NCBI GenBank assembly: GCA_035455185.1
Contig: DATIFQ010000359.1
Coordinates: forward strand, 2,248-66,247
Origin: Bryobacteraceae bacterium
GTDB taxonomy: Bacteria; Acidobacteriota; Terriglobia; Bryobacterales; Bryobacteraceae
Direction: 5' to 3'
DNA length: 64,000 nucleotides
A model generated the notes under the pieces. It saw nothing but the letters and a program-made list of their open reading frames with translations. It ran no database searches and was not told the DNA's origin. A program made the position numbers and the translations under genes. This document shows, piece by piece, positions 16,573-26,590 of this stretch (the stretch's first letter is position 1; each line of letters opens with the position of its first letter).

Positions 16573-17352
16573 TTACCGCATTGGGCTGCGCTCAGTGGAC
16601 TTTCGAGCGATCACTTCAAAGCTGCTCGCGAAACGTCGAAACAGAGGAATTCGAAGAAACACTTCGTCAATCGCCCGCACCACCCGGTAGCCAGAACGCC
16701 ATCCCGGCAGCAGTCCGCCGAGGGGGGTTGACAGCATGTCGTAGTACTCATGCCGCGCATCGAGACCTGCTTGACGGAACAAGTCGGCAGTCGGTGATGG
16801 CGGCAACTCCCGCTCATCCGGCGTTTGATACTTCCGCATTAGATGGGGAACAAGCAGCTTGCCAAGCGCGCCAGACAGCCGGTAGCGATTTGGATCGAGC
16901 GAATAGAACCAGCCGCCCGGACGGAGGCGTCCGGCAATCGTCCTCGCCGTCCCGGGAAGGCTCTCATCCGGAAGGTGGTGCAGGAAGAAGATCGCGTAGA
17001 TAAAATCGAACTCACCCTCCACATCGTCAATCGTGCCGTGGAGGAACCGCGCGTTCGTGAGGCCTGCAGTTGCGGCATCGGCTTGCGCCTGACGGATTCC
17101 CGCGGGCGACAAATCCACACCGATCAATTCGCCGACGTGCGGAGCCAGCAGAAGTTCCGTGTCTCCGATCCCGCACCCGAGGCTCAGCACGCGCGATTCA
17201 AGTCCAACCGGACACATCGACAGCATGCGCCCAACGAGGTGGGCCCGGAGTTCACGAACTGCCGCTTTGCTGAAGTGCTTCTGAGCAAAACCGGAATACA
17301 GCCGCTCGTGATACTCGACTTCGCGTTGCAGAACGTCTCGCGGCACATTCAT
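16573..17352 (-). CDS. Class I SAM-dependent methyltransferase
   Basis: 259 aa with SAM-binding motif I VLSLGCGIGDTEL and GVDLSP. Starts 18 nt downstream of the membrane-protein gene. Confidence 0.8.
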   Translation of the reverse strand: MNVPRDVLQREVEYHERLYSGFAQKHFSKAAVRELRAHLVGRMLSMCPVGLESRVLSLGCGIGDTELLLAPHVGELIGVDLSPAGIRQAQADAATAGLTNARFLHGTIDDVEGEFDFIYAIFFLHHLPDESLPGTARTIAGRLRPGGWFYSLDPNRYRLSGALGKLLVPHLMRKYQTPDERELPPSPTADLFRQAGLDARHEYYDMLSTPLGGLLPGWRSGYRVVRAIDEVFLRIPLFRRFASSFEVIARKSTERSPMR

Positions 17353-17370
17353 CGGATTGGTCGTCCAATT

Positions 17371-18717
17371 TTATCCGGAACGCAGGCGATCAAGGATATC
17401 GACAATCGGGCCGAGCCTGGGCCCTGCCTTCACGCTACGAGAAATCGGGTTGTCAGTCCAATCCCATAACCGGCTGGGCCGCTCTCCGATGTTCACTGGC
17501 TTCTCGTCCCACATGGACGCTGAGTAGCAGAAGGCTCCTACTGCCTGCACGAAGATGGAGAAGGTCAGCAGAACCACAAACACCGCCCGCAGGGTACGCG
17601 AACGAAAGATCGTCTCCGTCGCCGGCGCCATTAGGACCACGAACGCCGGCAGCGCGTCGGAGAGCAGCCTGGGACCGTAGCAGTGACCGCCCCACCAGAC
17701 ACGCCATGTTGCGATCAGAACAACCTGGGACACAGCAAACACCAGCGCCGCCAGATAAACGGGTTGAGCGGGCCATTTCCGTCGCCTGAACAAAAAGAAC
17801 ACGCCGGCCACAAAGAACAGTAGGACAGGGGAGTACACGAAGAGGCCCCTTGCGGGACTGAAGAGCACGCCGGCGAGCCCGCGCCAAAGATTCCCGTCAA
17901 AGGACAGAGCAGGTGCGCCCTGAACGGCACCGAACACGCCGACGTTATAGGCGACCGTGACCACACCAGCCAAGACCGGAAACAGCCAGAAGGCCGCCAT
18001 TAACCTGACCCGGCGCGACGAGGCAAGCAGCCCGGTGAATGCGGCGGCAACGAACAGAATGTTCGTGGGCCGGATGGCGGCGCTCAGACCGGCGAACAGT
18101 CCCGTCAGCAACGCAGCCTGTCGGTCGTCCGCACACTCACGGAGTCTGTCCAAGAAAAACAGCGCCAGGATGATCGCGACCTGGCTGCCGCCGTGTTGCC
18201 ACAGGGCCTGGCTGGAGATTGTCCAGGTAGCAGTACCGAAACCGTAGAGAATCGCGAGCCAGCGGGCTCGCTTTTCGTCAGCCAGCCTGACTGCCAGGAG
18301 GTAAAAAAGCGCGACAGAGCCGGCGGCAATCAGCGACGCGGTGAGCTTCTCCAGCACCCCAGCGAGAACCATGACCTGCGCCGGACTCCAGCCGGCGGCC
18401 GTCACATATACCGCCGCGGGGACGTAAAGCGGAGTGAGCAATATCGGCAGTGCAATCGGGTACTCCGAGTACGCGTGCCCGCTCACAATCGGCAGGGCGC
18501 GCAAATGTTGAGGTACGTGCTCGCGGACCGCCGGATAAAAGAAGTCCAGGTTGACTGTGCGGTCGAGCAATATTGAAAACGGCAACAGCGAAGCGGGGAG
18601 CGTGTCGCCCGAGGCGATGCGCTGGAAGTTCAGATTATAGACAACGAGCGAGCAGGCAAAAAGCAGCAGCGTAAATCGCGCCGGCCGATGCCCGGTGTCA
18701 TCGGATGCCTGTTTCAA
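17371..18717 (-). CDS. Polytopic membrane protein, GT-C-like (ArnT/PMT/DUF2029-style) putative glycosyltransferase
   Basis: The track ORF runs to 18819, but its first 34 codons are Arg-rich and overlap the radical-SAM 3' end. The likely start is TTG 18717 ([21 protein letters not shown]). About 10 or more hydrophobic helices. The fold class is inferred from topology only. Confidence 0.55.
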   Translation of the reverse strand: MKQASDDTGHRPARFTLLLFACSLVVYNLNFQRIASGDTLPASLLPFSILLDRTVNLDFFYPAVREHVPQHLRALPIVSGHAYSEYPIALPILLTPLYVPAAVYVTAAGWSPAQVMVLAGVLEKLTASLIAAGSVALFYLLAVRLADEKRARWLAILYGFGTATWTISSQALWQHGGSQVAIILALFFLDRLRECADDRQAALLTGLFAGLSAAIRPTNILFVAAAFTGLLASSRRVRLMAAFWLFPVLAGVVTVAYNVGVFGAVQGAPALSFDGNLWRGLAGVLFSPARGLFVYSPVLLFFVAGVFFLFRRRKWPAQPVYLAALVFAVSQVVLIATWRVWWGGHCYGPRLLSDALPAFVVLMAPATETIFRSRTLRAVFVVLLTFSIFVQAVGAFCYSASMWDEKPVNIGERPSRLWDWTDNPISRSVKAGPRLGPIVDILDRLRSG

Positions 18718-19744
18718 TATGGACCAGTTCCGATTCCCGTGATTCGCTCTCCGTGGCGGGCGTAGCCGCGATCGTCTGGGGCGCGCGCCAGAAGTCCATA
18801 TATGATACCTGGTGCACACAGGACACGGTGCAGAAGGGAGCGCACGGTTTCTCGGTGAGGAACTCCCGGCGGATGTCGTCCTTCGTGTACTCAGCCAGCG
18901 GTTTCGCCGGATAGCCGCGCTGCTGGGAGCAATAGTGGACGAGGCCGTCCTCGCACACGTACAGGTAGCGCGAGCCGGCGCGGCATCGCCAGTTGCTCGG
19001 ACGGCCGTTCGCGATGTTGTTCTGGAAGTAATTGATCTGCGAGTAGCTGGATTTTTCCAGCCCTTTCATCGCGAGGAACACTTCACGCTCCTGGTCGCCG
19101 AGCGGCCTGAGCTGCCCCGAGCCGTCGTGGATGATGCCGACCGTCGAAGTGAAGCCCAGTTCGACCGCACGCCGTCCAACGGTAAGTGCGTCCTGGGGAT
19201 TGCGGATGCCACCCCCGACCACGGAGTTGATGTTGACGTGAAATTCGGCGTGCCCGGCAAGAAGCTGAAGTTTCTTGTCCAATACCTTGAGGCTCTTCTT
19301 CGAGACGTCGTCGGGTGTCACGTTGTCGATGCTGATCTGAAGATGATCGAGCCCCGCCCGGTTCAGCCGGTGAATTCGCGCCGCTGTCAGCAGGTAGCCG
19401 TTCGTGATCAGGCCGGCGATGATCCCCCGGCGGTGGATGTGGGCGATGATCTCGTCAAGGTCGGGGTGCAACAACGGTTCTCCACCGCTCAGCGTTATGA
19501 CCGTCGTGCCAAGTTCGCGCAGGCGATCTACGCGCTGAAGCATCGTCTCGGTTGGCAGCGGCTTCGACACGTCATCGTACTCGTTGCAATAGGCACACGA
19601 AAGGTTGCAGCGGCGGATCGGGATGAGATGCGCCAGGACCGGATGGTCGGTAGACACCAGTCCCTTGAAAATCATTTGCAGTTCTCGCGCTCTCCGGCCT
19701 GCCGCACGCAGACGGCGCTTCAAGCGTAGGGCCTTATCAGGCAT
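18698..19744 (-). CDS. Radical SAM enzyme with SPASM/twitch-like C-terminal domain, substrate unknown
   Basis: 348 aa. CX3CX2C is [13 protein letters not shown] and the SAM motif is LSGGEPLL. The auxiliary Cys region is [19 protein letters not shown] ... CAPFCTVSC. Confidence 0.8.
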   Translation of the reverse strand: MPDKALRLKRRLRAAGRRARELQMIFKGLVSTDHPVLAHLIPIRRCNLSCAYCNEYDDVSKPLPTETMLQRVDRLRELGTTVITLSGGEPLLHPDLDEIIAHIHRRGIIAGLITNGYLLTAARIHRLNRAGLDHLQISIDNVTPDDVSKKSLKVLDKKLQLLAGHAEFHVNINSVVGGGIRNPQDALTVGRRAVELGFTSTVGIIHDGSGQLRPLGDQEREVFLAMKGLEKSSYSQINYFQNNIANGRPSNWRCRAGSRYLYVCEDGLVHYCSQQRGYPAKPLAEYTKDDIRREFLTEKPCAPFCTVSCVHQVSYMDFWRAPQTIAATPATESESRESELVHIETGIR

Positions 19745-19839
19745 AGAGTTACAGGGCTTTCTCTATTACAGCACAGGGTTGCCCCGGAGGCCAAAGCTAC
19801 CCTGTTTCCGGTCTGTTTTCCCGCCCGAACGGTGAAAAA

Positions 19840-20652
19840 TCAGGGTTTCTTGGCAGCCTCCGGCGCCGGAGGGGTGGGAGGAGCCGGAGGCGTGGGCTTT
19901 ACCTCCTCACCGTACTTGATCTGCACCTCGCTCTTGAACTGCTTGTAGTCCTCGTAGCGGACGGTCATCCGGATGGGCACGCGCATCCCGCTCTCGAACT
20001 GCAACACGTCGTTGGAGATCGTGTACGTCGGAAACCAGTACTTGCCGTCAATTTGCTCGCGGTAGGTTTCGAATTTCGGAAACTGGTTGTCGGATCCCCG
20101 TTTCAGGAGCCCGACGCCCCGCCCATACGTTTTCACAATCTGGAGGTCACGGTCATCCACCCAGATCTGGCCGGAGAAGTACCGCTGTCCCTGCTCCATC
20201 TTTTTCGGTTTCACCGCAAAGAGATAGCAGGGAATCTCGTCGGCCATCTGCTTGCCCAAGTAGCGAATGTCGTACTTTGGCAGTTCCTTGGTAGTCAGCA
20301 CAAACGGCTGGACATTCCGCAAATCCTGCTCATCTTCCGGGGTCAATAGCAGATTCTGGAGAGTGGAAACAGGCGCGCGGACCACCCGTTCGGTCCGCTT
20401 GCCGTCGGACGAGAAGATGATGTCCGACACCATCTCATGCCGCCCGCGGACCCTGCCCGAATCGTCGAGCTCTTGAATCCGAGCCGTCTGGCGGTACGTG
20501 TAGTTCTCGCGCGCGAGCGCGAATTCCGCCTCCTTGGCGGCAAACTTGTTGATGATTTCGTCCGTCTCCGCCGGAGTGAGCTCCTCTTTGCCGGCCCTCA
20601 CAGCGGTAAACGCCATTGCAGTGATCAGAAACAGCCGTAATGCGCGCAGCAT
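19840..20652 (-). CDS. LolA-like / outer-membrane lipoprotein-sorting-like periplasmic protein with Pro-rich tail
   Basis: 270 aa with signal peptide MLRALRLFLITAMAFTAVRA. The body looks like a beta-rich LolA-like family (family call from memory). C-terminal tail is KPTPPAPPTPPAPEAAKKP. Confidence 0.5.
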   Translation of the reverse strand: MLRALRLFLITAMAFTAVRAGKEELTPAETDEIINKFAAKEAEFALARENYTYRQTARIQELDDSGRVRGRHEMVSDIIFSSDGKRTERVVRAPVSTLQNLLLTPEDEQDLRNVQPFVLTTKELPKYDIRYLGKQMADEIPCYLFAVKPKKMEQGQRYFSGQIWVDDRDLQIVKTYGRGVGLLKRGSDNQFPKFETYREQIDGKYWFPTYTISNDVLQFESGMRVPIRMTVRYEDYKQFKSEVQIKYGEEVKPTPPAPPTPPAPEAAKKP

Positions 20653-20686
20653 ACCCCTCTCCTCTTGTGCGACGAACGAGCAGCCA

Positions 20687-21859
20687 TTAAGGTTTCCCGA
20701 GGATTTGGCGGGCGATCGTCATCAGTTGCATATTGCTCGTTCCTTCGTAGATGCGCCCGATCTTGGCATCGCGGTAGAACTTCTCTGCCGGGCAGTCCTT
20801 CGTGAAACCCACTCCTCCGAATACCTCGACCGCCTTGGACGCGACCGTCTCCGCGATCTCCGAGCTGTAGTACTTTGCCATCGCCGCCTCCGTAAGAAAC
20901 GGCATCCCGGCATCCCGCAACCGGGCGGCATTGTACGTCAGCAATCTGGCAGCCTCCAGTTCGGTTGCCATCCTGGCAAGGTCGAACTGAATGCCCTGGA
21001 ACTCCGCGATCGGCTTGCCGAACTGTTTCCGCTGCCGGGCATACGAAAGTGCTTGCTCAAGTGCTCCGCGAGCCAGGCCGATCATCTGTGCGCTGATGCC
21101 GATCCGGCCTTCATTCAGCGTCTCGATGGCGATCTTGTAACCTTTGCCGAGCTCCCCCATCAGGTTCGATTTCGGCACGCGGCAGTTGTCCAGAATCAGT
21201 TCGCAGGTTGAGGAAGCACGGATGCCGAGTTTGTCTTCCTTCTTTCCGACCTCGAAGCCGGGAGAATTGCGCTCGACCAGGAAACACGTGATGCCGCGGT
21301 GGCCGGCTTCGGGGTTCGCATTGGCGAATACCAGGAAGAGGCCCGCCTCCGCGCCATTGGTGGTCCAGAGTTTCCGTCCGGACAGCAGAAAGTGATCCCC
21401 TTGATCGGCAGCCCGGGCGGCCAAGGCGAAGGCATCCGACCCGGCCCCTGCCTCGGAAAGCGCGTACGCCCCAACCGTATCCGCAGCGAGCTTCGGGAGG
21501 TACCGCTTTCTTTGTTCGTCATTTCCCCAGCGCAACAGGGCGTTGTTGACCAGAGTGTTCTGGACGTCAACGATCACGGCCGCCGCGGGGTCTACCGCCG
21601 CGATTTCCTCGACCGCGAGCACCGACTGGAAGAACGTTCCGCCCTGTCCTCCGTGTTCCTCCGGAATTTCGATGCCCATCAACCCGAGTTCAAAGAATTC
21701 GCGCAGGATCTCTTTGCGGAAGACTCCGGCTTCGTCCATGGCCCGGACGTGCGGGCTGACCTGCTCCTTCGCGAACTGCCGCACCGACGCCTGGAAGAGC
21801 TTTTCATCCTCGCTGAGCTGGCTAAGCGGCCGGGCCGGCCCCTCGGCGACTGTCGACAT
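20687..21859 (-). CDS. Acyl-CoA dehydrogenase (short/branched-chain type)
   Basis: 390 aa with typical ACAD segments GAYALSEAGAGSDA, WTTNG, QFGKPIAEFQGIQF and IYEGTSNMQ. Confidence 0.9.
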   Translation of the reverse strand: MSTVAEGPARPLSQLSEDEKLFQASVRQFAKEQVSPHVRAMDEAGVFRKEILREFFELGLMGIEIPEEHGGQGGTFFQSVLAVEEIAAVDPAAAVIVDVQNTLVNNALLRWGNDEQRKRYLPKLAADTVGAYALSEAGAGSDAFALAARAADQGDHFLLSGRKLWTTNGAEAGLFLVFANANPEAGHRGITCFLVERNSPGFEVGKKEDKLGIRASSTCELILDNCRVPKSNLMGELGKGYKIAIETLNEGRIGISAQMIGLARGALEQALSYARQRKQFGKPIAEFQGIQFDLARMATELEAARLLTYNAARLRDAGMPFLTEAAMAKYYSSEIAETVASKAVEVFGGVGFTKDCPAEKFYRDAKIGRIYEGTSNMQLMTIARQILGKP

Positions 21860-21918
21860 GCTTTCAGTCTAACGCCTGACGGCTGGATTGCTTCGGCCTG
21901 CAGTAGAATAGGCATCTC

Positions 21919-22098
21919 ATGAAGAATTGGAAACTGATCGCTCAGGGATTGGACGTCGCCATCCCCGAGGCCGACCTTCCGAAACTCTCACAAACCCTCG
22001 AGGCGATGGACACCGCTTTCCGGCCGCTGGCCGAGGCGATCCCCGACGAGATGGAACCGGCCGTCATTTTCCACATTCAGCCGGAGGAGCAGGTATGA
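21919..22098 (+). CDS. 59-aa GatC/AtzG-like small protein, translationally coupled to the amidase (not in the ORF track)
   Basis: Manual translation gives MKNWKLIAQGLDVAIPEADLPKLSQTLEAMDTAFRPLAEAIPDEMEPAVIFHIQPEEQV. Its TGA (22096-22098) overlaps the amidase ATG (22095-22097) as ATGA. The amidase SD (GGAGGAG) lies in its last codons. The helical amphipathic pattern and the C-terminal EP..(V/I)F resemble GatC-type helper subunits. Confidence 0.55.
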   Translation: MKNWKLIAQGLDVAIPEADLPKLSQTLEAMDTAFRPLAEAIPDEMEPAVIFHIQPEEQV

Positions 22099-23483
22099 CC
22101 ATCCTCGAGGCTGCCGCCGCAATACGGGCAAAGAAAGTAACGTCCGCCGAGCTAACCGCGGAATCGCTCTCCAGCATCGCGCGGTTGCAGCCGCGGCTCA
22201 ACGCCTTCATTACTGTCGCCGAGGAGAGAGCACGCGAGCGCGCACGCCGCGCCGACGAGGAACTCAAGCGCGGGATGGACCGCGGCCCGCTGCACGGAAT
22301 TCCAATCGCCGTGAAAGACGTCTTCTGCATGAGAGGAATGCGGACAACTTGCGGCTCAAAGCTGTTCGAGAATCACGTGCCGGACCGCGACGCTGCTGCC
22401 GTCGAAAGGCTGGAAGCCGCGGGCGCCGTGATCACCGGCAAGGCGAACATGCATGAGCTTGCTTACGGCATCACCTCGAGCAACCCGCATTTCGGTTTCG
22501 TGCGAAACGCGCGGAACCCGGAGCACATCCCTGGCGGTTCGAGTGGAGGCTCCGGTTCGGCGGTCGCCGCAGGAATGGTGTTCATGGCGATGGGCAGTGA
22601 CACGGGCGGATCGATTCGCATCCCGGCGTCCTTCTGCGGGACCGTTGGAATCAAGCCGACTTTTGGGCGCGTCAGCCGGTATGGCGTCATGCCGCTCGAC
22701 TTCAGCCTGGACCACATGGGTCCGTTGACGCGCACCGTCCGTGACGCCGCGGTGTGCCTCGGCGCCATCGCCGGCCACGATCCGCGGGATGAGACCTCCA
22801 GCCGTCAGCCGGTTCCTGAGTTTCTCCCGCCCAGGCAGGTTTCGATTCAGGGCCTCCGGATTGGAATTCCGGAGAACTTCTACTTCGAGCGGGTCGATCC
22901 GGAGGTGGAAGCCGCGGTCCGCCGTATGGCGTCCGCCGCCGCGAACCTTGGCGCCACACTCGTGCCGGTTCGGGTGCCTGACATCCGTGAGCTCAATGTG
23001 ATTGCACGCGTGATCCTACTCGCCGAGGCGTCGGCGGTAATGGAGAAGCATCTCTCCAGGCGGGAGAACTTCGGCGCCGACGTTCTGTCGCTGCTCGATC
23101 AGGGCCGGCTCATTGCGGCGACGGACTACGTGAACGCGCAGCGCCTGCGTCGAGTGAAACAGCAGGAGTTCCGGCGCATTTGGCGGCACGCCGACTGCCT
23201 GCTCACTCCGTGCACTCCGACCCCTGCGCCGAAGATTGGGCAGACCGCAATCACGATCGCCGGAGAGGCAGAGGATGCCCGGCTCGCCTCCACGCGACTG
23301 GTGCGGGCGATCAATCTGCTCGGGCTGCCGGCGCTGGCGCTGCCATGCGGGGTGCACACGTTGGGGTTGCCGATGGGAACGCAACTGATCGGGCGGCCAT
23401 TCACCGAACCGCTCTTGTTCCGTGTGGGGGCCGCACTCGAAGACGTGACCGGCTTCGACAAGCGCGTGCCCCCGGAGTGCTAA
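22095..23483 (+). CDS. Amidase-signature (GatA/AtzE-like) amidohydrolase
   Basis: Start reset to ATG 22095 (MTILEAAAAIRAKKVTSAEL); the track ORF from 21927 is an upstream read-through. Catalytic elements are GIPIAVKDV, GGSSGGSGSAVAAG and GSDTGGSIRIPA. Confidence 0.85.
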   Translation: MTILEAAAAIRAKKVTSAELTAESLSSIARLQPRLNAFITVAEERARERARRADEELKRGMDRGPLHGIPIAVKDVFCMRGMRTTCGSKLFENHVPDRDAAAVERLEAAGAVITGKANMHELAYGITSSNPHFGFVRNARNPEHIPGGSSGGSGSAVAAGMVFMAMGSDTGGSIRIPASFCGTVGIKPTFGRVSRYGVMPLDFSLDHMGPLTRTVRDAAVCLGAIAGHDPRDETSSRQPVPEFLPPRQVSIQGLRIGIPENFYFERVDPEVEAAVRRMASAAANLGATLVPVRVPDIRELNVIARVILLAEASAVMEKHLSRRENFGADVLSLLDQGRLIAATDYVNAQRLRRVKQQEFRRIWRHADCLLTPCTPTPAPKIGQTAITIAGEAEDARLASTRLVRAINLLGLPALALPCGVHTLGLPMGTQLIGRPFTEPLLFRVGAALEDVTGFDKRVPPEC

Positions 23484-23493
23484 TCTGACCTCT

Positions 23494-23523
23494 GGCGCGT
23501 GTACCGCCGTGCTGACACGCGCC
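23494..23523 (+). terminator. GC-rich hairpin after the amidase (no U-tract)
   Basis: 9-bp stem GGCGCGTGT (23494-23502) / ACACGCGCC (23515-23523) with a 12-nt loop, 10 nt after the TAA stop. No T-run follows. Confidence 0.35.
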
Positions 23524-23548
23524 ACAGGTAACAAACCAGGAGATCTCC

Positions 23549-24865
23549 ATGCAGTTAAGCCGTCGTAACTTCCTACAGACAGGCGCCGCGCTCGCCGCCG
23601 CGCCAGCCACGTCCAGATCGTACGCCGCCAACGACCGAGTCCAGTTCGGATTCATCGGCGTAGGCGCCCGCGCTCATCAACTCATCCCCTGCCTGCTCGA
23701 CAACCCGGGCGCAGAGATAGTGGCCGTGGTCGACGCGTATAGGGGACGCGTCGGGCGCGCCATCGAACGCACCAGCAGTCGCGCCAAGGCAGTCAAGGAC
23801 TACCGCGAGATCATCGCTGACAAGTCCATCGACGCGGTCGTCGTTGCAACACCCGATCACTGGCATAAGCAGATGGTGATCGAGGCCCTCCGGGCGGGCA
23901 AGGACGTCTATTGCGAGAAGCCGCTGACCTACCGGTCCTCCGAGGGTGTAGAGATCATCCAGGCCGCGAAGGAAACCGGACGGATGCTTCAAGTCGGCAG
24001 CCAGGGCATGAGCTCCGAGACCGAGCGAAAGGCGAAGGAGATCATCAAGTCCGGCCGGCTGGGCAAAATCACGATGATCCGTGCGGCGTACAACCGCAAC
24101 ACGCCGTCCGGCGCGTGGATTTATCCCATCCCCCCGGACGCCTCGCCGGAGACAGTGAATTGGGAAATGTTCCTCGGATCGGCGCCGAAACGGCCGTTCA
24201 ATCTCGAGCGGTTTTTCCGTTGGCGCTGTTTCTGGGATTACTCCGGCGGCATTGCGACCGACCTGTTCGTGCACCTTTGCACAACCATTCATTTCCTGAT
24301 GGAAGCGAAGATGCCCTCCAAGGCGGCTGCGCTTGCCCAACTCTACCGCTGGAAAGAGACGCGCGAAGTACCGGACACCGTCAACGGCGTGCTCGAGTAC
24401 CCGGACGGCTTCTCGGTGAACCTCAGCGGCACGTTTAACAACGAAGCTGCCGCGGAGTCTAACTTCCAGATCCTTGGTACCGAGGGCACTCTGTCCATCG
24501 GTTTCGCCGACCTGAGTTTCCGTCCCGAACGGGTGAATGATGATAACCGCTGGATCGTCGACAGTTGGTCGCAGGAGCTCGAAGACGCCTACTACCGCGA
24601 TCCGAAGATCCAGGCGCGGGAAGTGCCAAGCAGCAGGAAGGCGCGTATCCTACCGGGCAGCGAATCGTACCGCGAGGAAGGCAAGGATTCCACAGTGGCT
24701 CACTTCGGGCACTTCCTCGAGTCGATCCGGACCCGCGAGCCGTACTGGCAGGACGCAACCGCCGGTCATCATGCGGCCGCCTGTGCCCACATGGTGAACC
24801 TCTCTTCCCGTGAGGGCCGCGTCGTTGAGTGGGAGTTCGGAAAGGACGACATCAAGAAGGCGTAG
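23549..24865 (+). CDS. Tat-exported Gfo/Idh/MocA-family NAD(P)-dependent oxidoreductase (possibly GH109-like)
   Basis: 438 aa with twin-arginine signal MQLSRRNFLQTGAALAAAPA. Rossmann motif is FGFIGVGARA, with VVVATPDHWH and EKP motifs. Confidence 0.8.
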   Translation: MQLSRRNFLQTGAALAAAPATSRSYAANDRVQFGFIGVGARAHQLIPCLLDNPGAEIVAVVDAYRGRVGRAIERTSSRAKAVKDYREIIADKSIDAVVVATPDHWHKQMVIEALRAGKDVYCEKPLTYRSSEGVEIIQAAKETGRMLQVGSQGMSSETERKAKEIIKSGRLGKITMIRAAYNRNTPSGAWIYPIPPDASPETVNWEMFLGSAPKRPFNLERFFRWRCFWDYSGGIATDLFVHLCTTIHFLMEAKMPSKAAALAQLYRWKETREVPDTVNGVLEYPDGFSVNLSGTFNNEAAAESNFQILGTEGTLSIGFADLSFRPERVNDDNRWIVDSWSQELEDAYYRDPKIQAREVPSSRKARILPGSESYREEGKDSTVAHFGHFLESIRTREPYWQDATAGHHAAACAHMVNLSSREGRVVEWEFGKDDIKKA

Positions 24866-24922
24866 AACGTGCTGCGCCCCTAAACTCCGCGCTGTGCGGC
24901 TCCGATTTCAATACAGGGAGCC

Positions 24923-26590
24923 GTGTACATTCGTCGCGAAGTCGGCCGCCTGCTTCCGCACGCCGCGCCGTCATTGTCGGATTTCCTGTTCGTGTCCCTG
25001 CTCGTGTGGCTGTTCGCCACCGGGAGTGGGTGGGAAGCCTTGCTGGCCGACGGCGACACCGGTTGGCACATTCGTACCGGCGATTACGTTCTCAATACGG
25101 GTTCCATACCTACGACCGACCTGTTCTCGTTTTCGCGGCCGGGAGAGCCATGGTTCGCCTGGGAGTGGCTCGCCGATGTCATCTTTGCTCTGCTCCACGA
25201 CCGGTGGGATCTTGTCGGCGTGGTCGTGGTAGCCGGGGTCGTGATCGCGCTCACTGCTGTCGTCCTCTTCCTTCACATGCTCTGGAGGGGCGCCAATGTC
25301 TTCGCGGCCCTGGCCGTCGTGTTGCCTTGCGTGGGTGCGGCGTCCATTCATTTCCTGGCTCGGCCGCATATTTTCACCCTTCTTCTGCTCGCCGTGTCGC
25401 TATGGGTGCTGGACCGGGACCGTCGCGCGCCAGGGGTCTCTGTCTGGATTCTCGTGCCGCTGTCAGCCCTCTGGGCGAATCTTCACGGCGGGTTTCTCGC
25501 TCTTCTGGCCTGTGTCGGATTGCTCGCGGCGGGCTGCGCGGCTGAGGCGCTTCTCGTCTCCGGCAGATGCTGGACTGCGGCGCGCCGTTACGCGGCCCTG
25601 ACCGGCGCCTGCTCTCTGGCAACCCTGCTGAACCCGTTCGGTTACCGACTGCATCTGCACATCGCGCAGTATCTCCGCTCGGACTGGATCAAGGAGGCGG
25701 TGGACGAGTTCCAGTCGCCGAAGTTCCGATCGGAGAGTCTGCTTCAATTCGAGCTGCTGCTGCTGGTGAGCCTGCTGCTTGCCGGCATCCTGCTTTCGAA
25801 ACGGCGCATCGCGGACGCGCTGCCGGTGCTGTTCTGGGCGCATCTTTCACTCAGCTCGGTCCGCCACGTTCCCGTGTTTGTGATCGTCGTGGGGCCGTTG
25901 ATCGCCCGGGAGTTGACCTGCCTTTGGGAAAGCTGGACCGCCACGGCTCCAACGAGATCGCTGGCCGGGATTCTGAACGCCGTGGCACAAGACCTCGCAC
26001 CCGGTTTCCGAAGGGTGAGCCCCTGGTCGGTGGCGCTGGTGCTGGCCGTGCTCTGGCTGACGCCGTCTTCCCGATGGCCGCGGGACTTTCCGGCGGCTAA
26101 GTTCCCGGTCGGTCTTGTCGGTGCGAACCGCGACCGGCTGGCTTCGGCTAGGATCTTCACCTCAGATGAGTGGGCGGATTACCTGATTTACCGCGGCTGG
26201 CCCCGCCAGCGGGTGTTTCTGGACGGGCGGAGCGACTTCTACGGACCGGTCCTCGGCAAGGAATACCTGCGGCTCCTCGAAGGTCGTACCGGCTGGCGGG
26301 ATTCATTGAAAAAACACGGGTTCCGGTTCGTCCTGTTGCCGGAAGACGCACCGCTCGCCAGCCATCTCCATGCGTGCGGAGACTGGAGACAGACTGCTGC
26401 GGACCGTCAGGCCGTGCTGTTCGAACGGATCTCTTCAGCCCCCGTGAGGTCCCTAATCAAAGGGCGATGCTCCACCGATAGTTCCGTGTTGGAAGCCTCA
26501 CGGCATGAAATCCAAAGAGAGGGACACCCAGCGACAACGACCTTGTCCGTCCCGGGCGGATTCCGCGGCGGCCTCGCAAGAGCTCGGTGA
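24923..26590 (+). CDS. Polytopic membrane protein with C-terminal soluble domain (GT-C-like, function unknown)
   Basis: 555 aa with a GTG start and many hydrophobic helices. N-terminal periplasmic-loop motif is DGDTGWHIRTGDYVL...DLFSFS...PWFAWEWL. Fold class inferred only. Confidence 0.5.
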   Translation: MYIRREVGRLLPHAAPSLSDFLFVSLLVWLFATGSGWEALLADGDTGWHIRTGDYVLNTGSIPTTDLFSFSRPGEPWFAWEWLADVIFALLHDRWDLVGVVVVAGVVIALTAVVLFLHMLWRGANVFAALAVVLPCVGAASIHFLARPHIFTLLLLAVSLWVLDRDRRAPGVSVWILVPLSALWANLHGGFLALLACVGLLAAGCAAEALLVSGRCWTAARRYAALTGACSLATLLNPFGYRLHLHIAQYLRSDWIKEAVDEFQSPKFRSESLLQFELLLLVSLLLAGILLSKRRIADALPVLFWAHLSLSSVRHVPVFVIVVGPLIARELTCLWESWTATAPTRSLAGILNAVAQDLAPGFRRVSPWSVALVLAVLWLTPSSRWPRDFPAAKFPVGLVGANRDRLASARIFTSDEWADYLIYRGWPRQRVFLDGRSDFYGPVLGKEYLRLLEGRTGWRDSLKKHGFRFVLLPEDAPLASHLHACGDWRQTAADRQAVLFERISSAPVRSLIKGRCSTDSSVLEASRHEIQREGHPATTTLSVPGGFRGGLARAR

